From Antedon mediterranea (lineage: Eukaryota > Animalia > Echinodermata), in the NCBI RefSeq assembly GCF_964355755.1, contig NC_092673.1, positions 25,603,648-25,667,647 of the forward strand: DNA of 64,000 nt, given 5' to 3'. Positions 14,281-27,180 of this stretch are shown here, in pieces (the stretch's first letter is position 1; each line of letters begins with the position of its first letter). The notes beneath the pieces were generated by a model, which saw only the letters and a list, made by a program, of their open reading frames with translations, ran no database searches and was not told the origin of the DNA. Made by a program: the position numbers and the translations under genes.

Positions 14281-14459
14281 AGCTTGGTTCCCACTAGAAC
14301 GTAACGCAAGGACGTAAACGCAACGCGAGGGTTTTAACCAATGACAAGCGAAGTTATAGACAGTTAGCAATCACAAGCGAATAAGCCATCGTTTGTGATT
14401 CGTCAATTCACTTGCGTTGCGTTACGTCCTTGCTTTGCGTCGCTAGTGGGAACCACGCT
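14281..14459. mobile_element. MITE family A (179 bp)
   Basis: TIRs with a TAA target duplication on both sides. Confidence 0.9.
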
Positions 14460-14546
14460 TAAACCCAGGGGCGGGGCAGTAAAATATGTCGGAAAAGGCT
14501 AAAAGCGCCAGAGGCGCGCCTCTCTCCAACGTTGGAGGACCACTAA

Positions 14547-14883
14547 AGCTTGGTTTCCACTAGGACGCAACGTAAGGACGTAGACGCAACGCAAGCGAGT
14601 TGACCAATGACAAGCGACAGTTCGAATAATTCATCTGTTTTTGGTCAAATCCCTTAAGCGTGGTTCCCACTAGCGACGCAACGCAAGGACGTAAAGCAAC
14701 GCAAGTGAATTGACCAATCACAAGCGATGGCTTATTCGCTTGTGATTGCTAACTGTCTATAACTTCGCTTGTCATTGGTTAAAACGTTTGCGTTGCGTTT
14801 ACGTCCTTGCGTTACGTTCTAGTGGGAACCACGCTTTACGTTGCGTTACGTCGTTATGTTGCGTTTCTAGTGGGAACCACGCT
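14547..14883. mobile_element. Older family-A-related MITE interrupted by a young 179-bp family-A copy (14657-14835)
   Basis: Outer TIRs AGCTTGGTTTCCACTAG / CTAGTGGGAACCACGCT. The inner copy has a TTA duplication. Confidence 0.85.
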
Positions 14884-15724
14884 GTAGGGTTCCTAAACCA
14901 GGGGCCTCAGGTCATTACGCCACCGAATATAATAAAGTGCGCTTGGCATTAAATAAAACATATTACCTACAATTATGATATGTATACAATGTATCTTAAC
15001 ATTTATACAAAATATTCATTTAGCATGAATTGCAAATTTGTATATAAAAATACGAGAGTAGGCCTAATATACTACTTTTACACCATTGCACCATTCGATA
15101 TGTCATTCATATTCTATTATGTACATGATTTACAGCATTCGGTAAGTGTACGGTTAATAATCTAATCGAGGATATTAAATGTACACTTTGTGTATACTAA
15201 ACGTCTATACAAAAAACATTTTCCATTCATTAGAGTCAACTTTGACTAGCACCAGATGGTGATGCAGACATTAACTTTTCAATTAGAAATAAGTCTCTTG
15301 CTTTTTCGTATAAAATTATTATATCTGCACAGGCTGTACGAAATTTTAAATCTATACTGTTATTTAATGCAATCTAACTTTGCCCATATTTTTATAATAC
15401 TATTTATTTAAGTCATATTGTTTGTATATATGTCCCTGTTCAAGTCGATAAATTAACTATAAGGAGAATTTTAATCTACCAGGGTAGAATAAGTCACCCA
15501 AGCCGTATTAATTAATGTAGTATAATTAAAACTAAGACAGCAAGTCTTTTGTAGAAATAACATTTTTAAAATCATTAGTTGGTGACAAAACACAATTCAG
15601 CACTTTTTACATTTCAATGTGTATTAGACTAGATATTGGTTTACTTTAATTTTTATTAAACGTTTGGACCAAATATCCAATGGCTGTAATCAATAATCAT
15701 ACTTAAGCGAAATATTTCCTTTTA

Positions 15725-16170
15725 ACCATTTCACTTAAGTCAATTTATATCTAAGGAGTGGTATTTATTTAGATAGTAGGTCTACACGTTTCCACTGTGT
15801 TAAACTCTCTACTATACAGTTAAAAAGATAAAAAATTACACCTAGAAAGTGAGATCAAGTATTTCACTGAAGTTATTAATATCTAAGAAGTGGTATTCAT
15901 TCCGATTGGAGATTTTGTTTAGATGTTTACATGTACATGTTGTTCCTAAGTGTGTTATTGGTCAATACGCCCACCACTCTCTACTATACAGTTTAAAAAA
16001 ACATTCACACTTTAGTGAGATCGAGTATTTCATTGAAGTTAATTTATATCGAAGAAATGGTATTCATTTCAATTGGAGATTTTGTTTATATTTTTACATG
16101 TAAATGTTTCTCTTAGCCTAAGTGAGTTAATGGTAAATACGACCACTCTATATTTCTGTACAGTTTAAAA
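15725..16170. repeat. Degenerate ~135-165-bp tandem repeat, 3 units
   Basis: Recurrent ATTTCA.T.AAGT..ATATC.AAG..TGGTATT and CTCT.TA.T..TACAGTT.AAAA blocks at about 15728, 15861 and 16027. Confidence 0.6.
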
Positions 16171-16659
16171 ACAATTTTGGAGTTGTCTGTTTACTATGAA
16201 CCTAATCTTGAACTAGGTTAATGGTTTGTAATTGCAGGTGAAACTAAGATTACGCTTACCTGGTAATAGTTATTTAAAGGGTTAAAGGAACATGTGATAC
16301 CTATATAAGGTATCATTCAACAAATAATAAAAAAGATATTATAATTAATACAAAAAAGTTGGAAGATGGTTATAGAATATTGCATATGTCAAAATACTAC
16401 ATTCATGTACATTGCATTGATTGGTATCCATATATCTAACAGTAGTATTAAAAAAAAAATATTATAACCATTTAAAAAAGCACCAATTTGAAAAATCATG
16501 GTGAACATTAAAGCGTCGAGTTAGAATTTTAAACTAAAGACGGTATTCATTTACAACATTAAGGCCTATAAAAACAACAACAGCTGCTCTAAAAATTATT
16601 TACAGTATTAATGTTCTTTACATTAAAAAAAAAATTAATATTGTTTTCACTTAAAATCA

Positions 16660-16744
16660 TTACCATATTTGTACATATTATTACCATATTTGGGCACATC
16701 TCACTTTTTTTTTGTCAAACTAGCATGATAGTGTTGACAGAGCT
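16660..16744. mobile_element. MITE family D, partial copy (right end)
   Basis: TACCATATTTGGGCACATC...TGATAGTGTTGACAGAGCT followed by TAA. Confidence 0.65.
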
Positions 16745-17217
16745 TAAGAGTACTTGATTACCTTCGCAAGAAAAAACTATTTAACAGCCCTGAAGCAGTG
16801 GACTAAGTAACACTTTATGCTACAAATGGTTTAATGATATTTTTACAAAATCGTTATAGTTATACAAAATTTTTTAGTTTTACAAACACCACTAAATACT
16901 AAAATTCAAAATTTGTTGCACAATTCTTTTTTAAATTTGCAGCATTTTTCAGCATTGTATTAAAACTATTTAAAATAAAACATTTTCATGTCATACTTTA
17001 TATAGCAATAAAACAGAACACTTTCTCATTTTAAATTCTATCCGAGTTCACACACTAATAAATGTGTTCCAAAAATGTTACTAAGTGCTCTATTTCTTTT
17101 TATAGTCTTCATAAAAAAATCAATATTCTCACCAAAAAAAGAGGGAAAAATGGATGATTTAAGAAAATAACCATATATTATTTACATTTCATAAAATTTA
17201 AGTAAAAATATGAGTTT

Positions 17218-20200
17218 TTATGATTGCCCCTGAAAATGCTTAACCATATTGTAAATACTGACGATCAGTCCACTTAGGCCTCCAACTACTCCAAAGAGTA
17301 TCAGAAACACATCTTTAGCAAAGACTAGATTTGACATCTTCTTTCTTAACAATTTTATACTAATTACGGCAGGCAAGATGTATGCTAGTAGGGTGCTTCC
17401 AATTGAGCCTAAAATAAAGAAAAACAATTTAATATAAATAAATTTATGAATATGAGAATAAATTCACAGCCTACTGTTTGTGTGTTTGAAACAACAATTA
17501 ACAGTGCACTTTGCAACGCAACGCAAGGACCAGAACACTTGGATCACTCTCTCTTCTGTGTTCTTAAAAGTGTACACAAGCCAGTTTCTAAGAAACCTTC
17601 TCTGAGAAGAATTGGTAAAGTATGTTGTAATATTATGTGTTAAAGGACAAATTGACAGAGGACCATATTTTAACAACGTATTACGTATGTGCATATGATT
17701 TCAGAACCATTGCGAGATTAAGGATATCAGCAATGTACGGCGACGGCTGAAGGCGACCGCGTGCGACGATATCCTTAATCTCGTGATTGTTCCGAAATCA
17801 TATGTACATCCCTATCCTAATACGTTCTATGATCCTCGGTCAAGTTGTCCTTTAATAAATCACCAAAACCACATTAAGGTTTTTACAGAACTACAAAATC
17901 AAATAATGTGAGTGATGGGACACATATAATGTGATAAACAAAATGGTAAAATAAACTTTTTTTTTTAGGGGAAACAACCTGGTTGGTGAATATAACTATT
18001 TCTACTTTCTTATCAATAGAACTGAACACCTTTACAAATGGGTCAAACAAGGGGAACACATTTAAACTATCTTCCCTGTTGGAATAAAATATTTTTTCAG
18101 AGTACCTAAACAAGAACCGGTATCTATTTAGACACTAAACGAACGTTAAGGAAGAAGAATCAACAATTAGCTTGATGCTTTATGTTTTAAGTAAATAGAT
18201 ACCTATATCATCGTGAAAAAAAAAACAAAACAATCGTTGAAAATTGTCTTTTATAATTTTCTATTGTAAATAATAAAGCTTGGTTTCGACTAGTGACGCA
18301 ACGTAATGCTACCTACGAAACGTAAGAAAATGGCCTTCCAATAATTGTGTTTGCCCCCCCGCCTGCGTGAAATCAAACCTGCGATTTTTGCATCGTCGGT
18401 TCCCACTCCCAATGATTATGCAAAACATCACTTTGAGTCAATACGTCACTGAGTTGCGTTCTAGTGGGAATAACACTTCAGAGGAAAACGAATTCACACT
18501 ATCCTATCTGAAAACATCAGCAATATCCTATGTCTATGTCTTACCCAATGTTGTAAAGTTAAGTAATAATAAATGCATAATTGTCGGCCACTTTTATGTG
18601 TTTTTTTTTCTTGGAATTCTCAACCAGGGTTTACCACTATATTGGGGGAGGGGGGCATGGATGCCTTATGGCACTGAAACAGCAGCAAAAGCATAGAATT
18701 CATGTTTTTAAAAAATAGCCAAAGCGGCAGGACAATTAAACTACATTACAACAACATAACATCCATATTGCTAATCTGTAATTATTAAAACTTATAATAT
18801 AATAATGTTTGTTGTTTTGATAAGAAGTTTGTTGTTGTTTAGTTGGCTTATTGTTGATTGGTTTGTTAATTTGTTAGCTGATTGTTGATTGGTTTGTTAA
18901 TTTGGTAGCTGATTGTTGATTGGTGTGTTAATTTGTTTGTTGCTTGTTTACAGTCTGTTGATTGGTTTGTTAATTTGTTTGCAGTTTGTTGATTGGTTTG
19001 TTAATGTGTTTCTTTGTTGGCTGTTTGTTGATTAATTGATTGGTCTATACTGTTACTTTGTTAACTGATAGTTGATTGGTTTGTTAAATTGTTTGCTGTT
19101 CCTCATTGGTTTGATTGGTTTGTTAGTTTGTTAGCAGCATACTTACCATTAATTGCATTAATATAAATAAACTGATCCTTGAAAATAATTGCAAATCCAG
19201 TCTGTATTAATACCATAGAAATCCTAACGACATTCCTCTTCCATGTAGCAACCTATAATAAAAAGCAAGACATATTTTGACAAATTTCTGTCTACTGTTA
19301 TGTTTTATTTGAAAATATTTAAAGCAAGACAATCTAACAACAGGAGACCGAGTTCTGGATATCAAAGGGTTTATCTGTGGCTGTGACACAATCAGTTCCA
19401 CGCCTCTTTACAGACACAGCGTATCAAGGAATTTATGTACATTGTACAGTACTGTTGGTATTTGTCGCAGCCAAAGATCAAAGAAATGTTACGAGTTCTT
19501 ATCAATTGGCAAGACGAGCTCAGTGTCCTGTTGTTAGATTGCTTTGTTTAAAGACAGATGAGATTAGTAGTGGCACCGTGGATTAGTGGTTGACATGCTT
19601 GCTTATCAATTCCAGGTTTCTTGGTTCAATTCACAATTCCAGGATTTTTCTGATTGCTCATCACCTTTTGTCAATGAAGATTGTTTATGTTTATTGTTGG
19701 CAATAAAAGTAAAGAAAACGTGTGTTTCAAAATCTCCTATTTTTAATTTCTGCTCTATACTGGGGGTCCTCTTCAGTCAAGTACTGCCCTCCCAGGGGCC
19801 AAGTATACAGACAAAAAAAAACCAAGTTAATAATACAAAGACAAAACACAAAGATAAAACAAGCCACCAAAATGTATTTTCTGTTGAATGGTAGGTATAG
19901 TTAGTAATGGTACTCACTGAATCTGGAACGGTTTTTGCTACAGGTATTAAATCGGAAACATCAATATCCTCGGCTGAAAAACTGTTTGATGACAACAATG
20001 GAGCTCGCTCATTATCATTTTTGATATTGACAAGTAACTTTGTTACATTAGGTCCGAATATTCGACCTAAAAAAACATGAAAAAAAAGGAAAACCATGTT
20101 AATTAATTATTTCTTTGATTCTTTCTTCTTTGAACTGGTGACCTCCTCAGTATGAGACTCTCCCAGAGGATTCAGTCCAGAAATATAATCGGCACACCAA

Positions 20201-23200
20201 GAGACAATCCCTTTCTCATTTCAGCATACATAGGTATGTGCATTGTATGTTCACAGGACCTACATCTTTATGTCTTATCTGAAGTACGAGACAATGTAAG
20301 TACTAAATGATACCTCAAGCATGAAAAGCAAGTCTATCACATAAGATACATGCAATGGTTGCCCATTTATTTTACTATGAAATGATGTGCATTGTAGTAT
20401 TTATACAAAGTGTATGCTAATCCCTGGAAACATAAGTCATTTAATGCCACACATCGTCGCACAAGGGCGTAGCAGTGGGGATGTAACACAGGGCAATATA
20501 CTAAATCACTAACAACTTGAATACCTTAACCATACCTTCAGTAAACAGGATATTTTCCAGAATTTCAATAATTGGATAAACCGTAAGAGGATAAGTAAAA
20601 GCCACACCAATACATATTGTCACATTCGCAATGTAGGAAAACACTGTGTTTGCTGGAAGATTCTGAATAAGGATCTGTTCAACATCATCTCCATACTTCA
20701 AGTATCCGAGAACCCCAAGCGAGCCTAACATTACAAACAAAAGCATCAGTGATCCATGCAGGAACGATGGGTATTTTGGCCGATTTTCAGCCATACTGGA
20801 TTCAATTGGTATTATCTGTAATGATAAAAATATATATAAGATTTATTATCAACTTTCATCATGCTGATTGTATAAAGAATATCATTGTGATTTTCATTTT
20901 TAGCCTATACATTACATCAGGCCCAATTTTCTTGTACTACTTTATTAAAAAATGTTATGATATTATGTTATTAAAGATTTTATGTGTTATTGAAACCACA
21001 ATGTATTGTATAGTCATGATTGGGCCTTTTTTGATGATTTCCTTCATTGGACCACACAGTTACTAAATATACAGTATATTTACACAGTGTATATATCCAG
21101 TATACATACTGCACACATATCTGCAGTACAGTATACACAGTATATAGGCAGTTAGTATACTGTGTATGCTTTTAATATATTTTGGGCATATTTAAATAAT
21201 GTTTATTCTACTAAGGCTAAATGTTGATTCTTTGGATACAGATTTAACAATGGTTCTTAATCTTTCTAACAATATTTTGCTTAGTTTTTTTATTATTTCA
21301 TGGTTGAATGACTTACAGTTCCGATTCCTTCATACATACAGGAAACTGCACCAAAAAAAACAGGAAAGGTTGCAAACTTAAAATATTCTACACTGTCGTC
21401 TACTGCAAAACCTAAAAAGAAAAAACATTTTAGTGGAGACTATCGGCATAGTAAACCGTAAAAGTTTTAAAATTTCCACAGTTGACCATGCCGATAGTCA
21501 ATATCAGGCCTTTTCTTTTGAGGTGAGCGAGTGCGATCACTCACCTAACACACTTTATCTACAAACGGCACACTTACATCACCCCTGAATATATTGAGGA
21601 GTGCAATTTGTAGCACACCTACAATTTTAAAAGAAAAGGCCTGCAATATTTGGTGTGGTTGCTATCGCCATGGTCGATCATACGTAAAACATATTGTTTC
21701 GTATCGAAAAAGGTCAACAATTCTTCTTAATTCTGTTGTCTATCGGCAGAAACATGTGCAAAGTCAACCATGCTGATAGACAACTTTACATTACATGCAT
21801 GGTCAACTGTGCTGATAGAAAATAATATATTACGCACGTCAGTTAAATTTCAGCATAATTATTTTTCAATAATAATCATTATCAACATCAAATCATTTTT
21901 ATTTGGTTTTAAAATAATCACTGCATTGATTACCTTTAATTAGTGACGTCAATACAACTCCATATCCTAGAAAGATACTGATGTTTGCTACGACGCTGAT
22001 TGGTCCCATACTCCTCACATTCCGTAATAACACAAACAATAAAAACAATGGCAAAGGAAATAACACTAAAATAGGAAAAGCTGGAGCTGTAGTCACTCGC
22101 GCATACGGCTGCACATCAACGATTGTATTATTTTTCTTCTGACTTTGTAGCTCATTTAAAGATGTTTCCGAAGTTTGGTTCACAAATGGAAATAAATTTG
22201 TTTGTAAAGTATTTCCTAAAAAAATCATATATGCAATGCAGAAAAAGAATTGTGTGAAAAAAAGTGCAAAGTTGACAACATAAAGCCCCCATATTCCCAG
22301 GGACTTCCGCGCAATGTCTCCATAAGTAAGATGCCGTTCCAATCGTTCACGTAGCTTTCCAATTTTCGGTGAGGCAACATCGTGTATTCCTTGCTTTGAG
22401 ACAAATTCATTGATGATTTGGTCGACCACTAAATATTTACATTTGACGATAAGTTGACAACAATGATCTGTTACGATAGTAATTACAAGTAAACCAATGA
22501 GGCCAAGCTGAAAAATGTAAGGCACCAAATTTGATGAGCATTATAAATACAATTTACAGATAATGAATGTAGTAGTAGTACAGATATATTCAATATACAG
22601 AAACATTAGAATATCATTTAAAGATGTATTGTACCCAAAATCATGAAAATAAAGATTTATAAAATCAGATTTTAATAGTCAATTTTGCAGTTTTATTCAC
22701 TTCCATAGAAAAAAAGGGATTTTACTTATAAAAAGACAAAATGAACAGTTGAATTTTAATTTTCAAATCAATGTCTTTTTTTTCAGGTAAATATTTTTAC
22801 AGTTACTTCGATCCAATTTTTGGTCAAAGTGAATAACTTTTATGTGATATTAAAATGGCATATTCAAAACAAAAAAAATTGTAAAAATTATTTTTTAGGT
22901 GGACAATATAAAGTTTCAATTTAATATCAAAACTCTACATTTTAGTTTGGGCAAGTATTGCAATTTACTGTAGAGTCTTTTTGTATGTATTTTAAAAGAA
23001 ACCAGTAAGAATAATACATGTTGTAGTAAAATAGTCATAAACAACCCTAGAAATTATAATTTTGTTCAATGAATAAGCTAATTTGATGACTTATTAAAAG
23101 CTATAGTAACTATGAAATTCTTCGAAGGCATAGTTTTTTTTTTTTACACATTTTGTACTATAATTTGTTTGTACTATAATTTATTTGTACAGTATGGTAC

Positions 23201-26200
23201 AGTTTGCTTTTGTATTGAGTATGTTATTTATACTTACTATAAGGCCACTTTGCAAGAAGGCAAATGCAAGGGCTAAGTAGTTTGTTCCGATGAATGCTTT
23301 AAATACATTAGCAAAGTCTACTGAAGCTTGTACTAGTCTATTACTATAGTATATAAAAGAAATACAAAATATTAATCAATAGGGTAAAATAAAAATATAA
23401 GCTCCTCTTGGACCTATGTATTAGGCCTGTTGTGTGTGTACTAGTTGTATACGTTCCTACAGGTTTAACAGACACAACAATGTTGTTAAAATTAAAATCA
23501 TAATGAATGTATGTTGTCAACATACATTAATATTATAATTGTATTATTTATTTAATAAAATAATAAACCTGTAAACACGGACTTCTCCACTTAGTTTAAG
23601 TTTGGTTAGATTATCGTTACTCTAGCTAGCTAGTTAGGGCTAAGAGGCTACTTAATACTTTATGATGGGGATGAAAACTAAGCATAACAGACGTTCAAAA
23701 AGGCCATTCATGCCATATGTGGTCTAGAGTAGAGGCCTAGCCCTAACAACCGAGCCCGTCGGTTGGTTAATGGGATCAGGTGCCGTTTTCGGCCACCTCG
23801 ACGTATATGGACTATACCATTATAAAAAGAGGGGAAAATAGGGGTGTCCCATTTATTAATTGAGTGTGTTAATGTGTCAAAATACTGCTGCTTTTGTTCT
23901 TTTGTTTAGTGCATTATGTTTCAGCAACAAAGGGAAAACAACTACGCCCTGCATGCTGTAAAATTAATTTCAGTTTTCAAGTTAATGCAGTATATTATGG
24001 CTCTTTATTTCTATATAATTTTTACAGATTTATAGATACAGAAAGTATATAAAGAAAGTTTTTATTCCAGTTACAAATAAAAAATATAATTTACCTAACG
24101 ATAACATAGTAGTACATTTAATAAAGATGACAGTAGTACTAGTACATTTAATAAGATCTATAACATACTGATTATTAGGTAATCAGTAAAACAAATAAAC
24201 ATTATAATTTTGTCAATGAATCTGTACCATTTTGTTCCCAGAAAACACAGCGTTTGACATTGAGTGTTTTTAGGTTTGGTTTTTTTTAAACGTTTTAAAC
24301 ACGTTTCTGTGTAGAAATACATTTTCTAATTGAACAACGTTTGCATCAAAACGTTATAATAGCGAATGCAAAACGGAGCTGATAATGTCGCCATGAAGAG
24401 GATGATTGGTGTCTTCCAATATAGCACTATTTAATTAGCGCTTCTTCTTTTTTCGATTGTCCTTTTTGCTGTTTTTTGTCATTTTTATTATGTTGCTTTG
24501 TTTGTCTTTTTTGCTGTTCTTCCAAAGGACCTCATTGGAAACAAGTCCGTAGAGGACTTTTATGAGTTATCCTTGGCATCCTTGTTTTATATTGGTATTT
24601 TTATATTTGTCAATTTTAATTGTATGTCTGTGATATTTTATGTACTGATGCCGAAATAAATCAAATCAAATCAAACATGGAATACATCGGCAAGCCGTTC
24701 GCTGTAGAACGAGTCAAGCATTTGCATAGACAAACCAATTACTTTCCACGTTCTACCCAGTACCTTCTCAATTCGGTCTTTATCCTCCTTACATTCCCTT
24801 ACTGATATTCCTAGCCCAATATACAATATGCCCAAATAGAACATCACTGATTAGTAAAACCATGGAGAAATAAGTTAACTTATTTCTCCATGGTAAAACA
24901 TAAACATTCTATAGTACAAATATCCTGCTTTACCCCAAAGAACCGAGTTTCCTCAAGCAGTACAGCCTTGTATTTAAGTTTTAACTTCTTAACTACGATT
25001 AACATGTCCACCCATTTAAGCTTTAGTCAAACACTACTACCAAATACTTATAATTGTTAACAATCTCTACTTCCTTTACTTTAATTAATGTATACTGTCA
25101 GACCAATTATGTTTTCGAAAATCAATCCTTATTTCTTTTGTTTTAATGTTTAGTTCAAGAAAATAAAAAATATGATTTATCTACCTATACGATTGGGCCA
25201 ATTAGAATGCATTTGCCAACATTCTTTTACATATTTCACAACATTATAGAATTTAGGTAATTTAACCGATTGTAATGTAGTATTTAGGATATTTTAATAT
25301 CGATTGTAATGTAGTATTTAGGATGTTTTAATTCCGATTGTATTGTAGTATTTAACATTTTCTAATTTCGAATCAGATTGTACTAAAATTTAAAGTGTTT
25401 AAACCCAGATAGGAATAACATAGGCCTAGTATTTAATATGCTTTAATTTTGATTACACTGTAGTGTTTAGTTTAGTTTATTTATTTATTCATAGGAATCA
25501 CCTTTATATCGGTGTCACACATTTATCAGTTAATGGTGCATCCAATTTACAGACAAAATTACAAATAACAAAAGCCACAAAGTTCTAAATACTAATACAT
25601 ACCATTAAAACAAAATGTAAACTAATTAATTAATTAGATCTGTATGAAAATACATAATATGTAAATTGTACAATATATATAACTACAAAAATAAAAACAG
25701 AACAACAAAAATACAGGATAGGCCTAATAAATAAATAAAACATACAGATACATCCTCATAGAGGTGTCTGTTTACTATATTAATCAATTAGTTGAGAGAG
25801 GTAATGCTGATAACATTGTAGATCTAGTAACCCATGCTTTCATTAAATATTTTTTACAATAAAAATCAAAGATTTTTCCTAATGTTTCATTTTCAGTGAA
25901 TAAATTGTCTAGCATAAAGTGGTGTTTTAATTCCTGAGATCCACAATTCAAATTATCCCAGTTAGTACATACTTAATTATTGTCTAACAGAGTTTAATGA
26001 AGGACATTTAAATAAAAAATGGTTTACTGTTTCTTTTTCGTTAGTACTACCATTTTTTCCTCCATGGTACTACACATCTTACATAATCCTGTGTTATGAT
26101 TTGACCAGGATTGTCTACGACCCTCAAGATCTAGAGAGTTTGATCTTGCTTTAAATTTTAAATTGATACTCTTAAAATTAGTTTTATCTAACAAATATTG

Positions 26201-26805
26201 TTCAAGGTTTGGAGTTCCTTTATACATAGTATATTCCGTTAACGTCGTTTTGCATTGGTCCTTTGAAAACCACTCATTATGATCAACTTTTTATTTTTCC
26301 TAAATGGCTTTATACAGTTAGTAGATGGTTCTTCATTAAATTTGTCTATAAAATTTGTTTTATTTAAAATATCTTTAGTTAATATAGTAATATTGTTTCA
26401 AAATCTTGCCATTTCCTAACACAGTACCTAATAATAACATGCCTTATAAAAAGTACATGCATTGCTAGTTTTTGATGTTCTGTATTGTTCCTTGTAGTTT
26501 GTACTGTAGGTTACGTAACAGAACAATTGTATTGTCTTCCAATTCAATAGACACCCTTCTCTACATAAAACATAATACACCACACCCCTATCATAATAAT
26601 GGTATAGTCCATATAAGTCGAGGTGGCCGAAAACGGCACCTGATCCGGTTAATGTTTGATTGGCTTCGCTAGGGCTAGGCCCTATATAGGCCTACTAGTT
26701 TAGTAAGAGTACGAGTATCATTATAAATATTCGATCTAGCCTAGGCCTAGCTAGGCAGTAGGCCTACGTTACTTACTTCATTCGTTTTACAATTTTCCCT
26801 GCCAT
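17218..26805 (-). CDS. Transmembrane amino-acid transporter, Aa_trans family (SLC36/PAT- or AVT3-like), 8 exons, ~509 aa
   Basis: Exons 26805-26777, 23343-23238, 22507-21934, 21411-21317, 20815-20536, 20066-19918, 19252-19147, 17408-17218. All GT-AG and phase-consistent (1530 nt). Motifs FANVFKAFIGTNYLALAFAF, LTYGDIA, FFGAVSCMYEGIGTIIPIESSM, FTYPL, GSIGSTLLAYILPA. Confidence 0.9.
17644..17851. mobile_element. MITE family C (palindromic, TTAA target, AGGACAA ends; Kolobok-like)
   Basis: TTAA|AGGACAA...TTGTCCT|TTAA, with an internal inverted repeat GAGATTAAGGATATC / GATATCCTTAATCTC. Second copy at 62975. Confidence 0.8.
18277..18476. mobile_element. Family-A-related MITE (subfamily with CCTTCCAATAATTGTGTTT core)
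   Basis: Degenerate AGCTTGGTTTCGACTAG / CTAGTGGGAA ends. Relatives at about 2010-2075, 38870-39089, 58959-59117, 60908-61060 and 61830-62100. Confidence 0.7.
18805..19135. repeat. GT-rich low-complexity minisatellite (TTGATTGGTTTGTTAATTTG-like)
   Basis: Directly visible degenerate repeats in the last intron of the transporter. Confidence 0.8.
22622..22910. mobile_element. MITE family B
   Basis: TTAA|AGATGTATTGTACCC start; interior similar to the 8526 copy; degenerate right end GGACAATATA. Confidence 0.7.
24861..24892. mobile_element. 32-bp perfect palindrome with 7-bp flanking duplication (TIR-only, P-like micro-element)
   Basis: GTAAAAC|CATGGAGAAATAAGTTAACTTATTTCTCCATG|GTAAAAC. Confidence 0.65.
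25465..26420 (-). mobile_element. Degraded 3' fragment of a non-LTR retrotransposon
   Basis: LKFKARSNSLDL...CKMC..EE/..HFLFKCP (CCHC knuckle, frameshifted) and a (TAAA/TAAAC)n tail at ~25465-25490. Confidence 0.6.
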
Positions 26806-27180
26806 CTTGAAATATCAAGGTTATTGTGTGGCAATAGATTTGACTTTCCATTGCCATCCCGTGACCTAATAACATGATCGGAAACTTCCACTGCTCTCTC
26901 TAAAAATAAGTCTGCACTTTGTCTTGTCAACAAAGAAAACCTTTAACCTATGACCTCTCTGTTTTTTAAATTCTCTAGAGGGCGACAGACAATGTCCACA
27001 CATGTGTTTTTTGCTCTAACTATTAAACAAGTAAATTTTGCGTTTAAATAACTTAGGTACATATATAAAATGAAGTTTAAAACTTATTTTCGTTAAATAT
27101 ACAACTGGCGAAGTTTATCACCTAGCATAATAATACTGTATGTTTAAGTTACTGTAGCTCCTCGTTGGCTTCAGCTGCTA
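26806..27180. promoter_or_regulatory. Probable bidirectional promoter region (transporter / NOP14)
   Basis: The two genes diverge from here. AAGATGGC (YY1-like) overlaps the transporter ATG, and CTAGAGGGCG (CTCF-core-like) lies at ~26975. A NOP14 5'UTR acceptor at 28840 implies an upstream non-coding exon. The TSS itself is not observable. Confidence 0.4.

Larger units (their letters stand above)
14246..14925. mobile_element. hAT-like MITE (CAGTGGCGTA..TACGCCACCG) carrying nested family-A MITEs
   Basis: Short TIRs; imperfect 8-bp flanks AAGACAAT / AATATAAT. Contains 14281-14459 and 14547-14883. Confidence 0.55.
23773..26646. mobile_element. Non-autonomous DNA transposon, 2874 bp, ~50-bp TIRs, 8-bp TSD (Merlin- or MULE-like)
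   Basis: TIR GGATCAGGTGCCGTTTTCGGCCACCTCGAC(G/T)TATATGGACTATACCATTAT at both ends. GGTTAATG duplicated at 23765-72 and 26647-54. No transposase ORF inside. Confidence 0.9.

Noticed and set aside
14746-14952. Similar short ORFs (LTVYNFACHWLKRLRCVYV) here and at 61073-61303
   Set aside because: They are translations of the non-coding family-A MITE, not a gene family.
2100-17000. Short ORFs (60-85 aa) in the left intergenic region
   Set aside because: No homology cues, no coherent exon chain, and composition typical of random AT-rich DNA.
19568-19635. tRNA-like A/B boxes here, at ~3240 (minus) and at 38733
   Set aside because: No complete cloverleaf; these fit decayed tRNA-derived SINE heads rather than tRNA genes.
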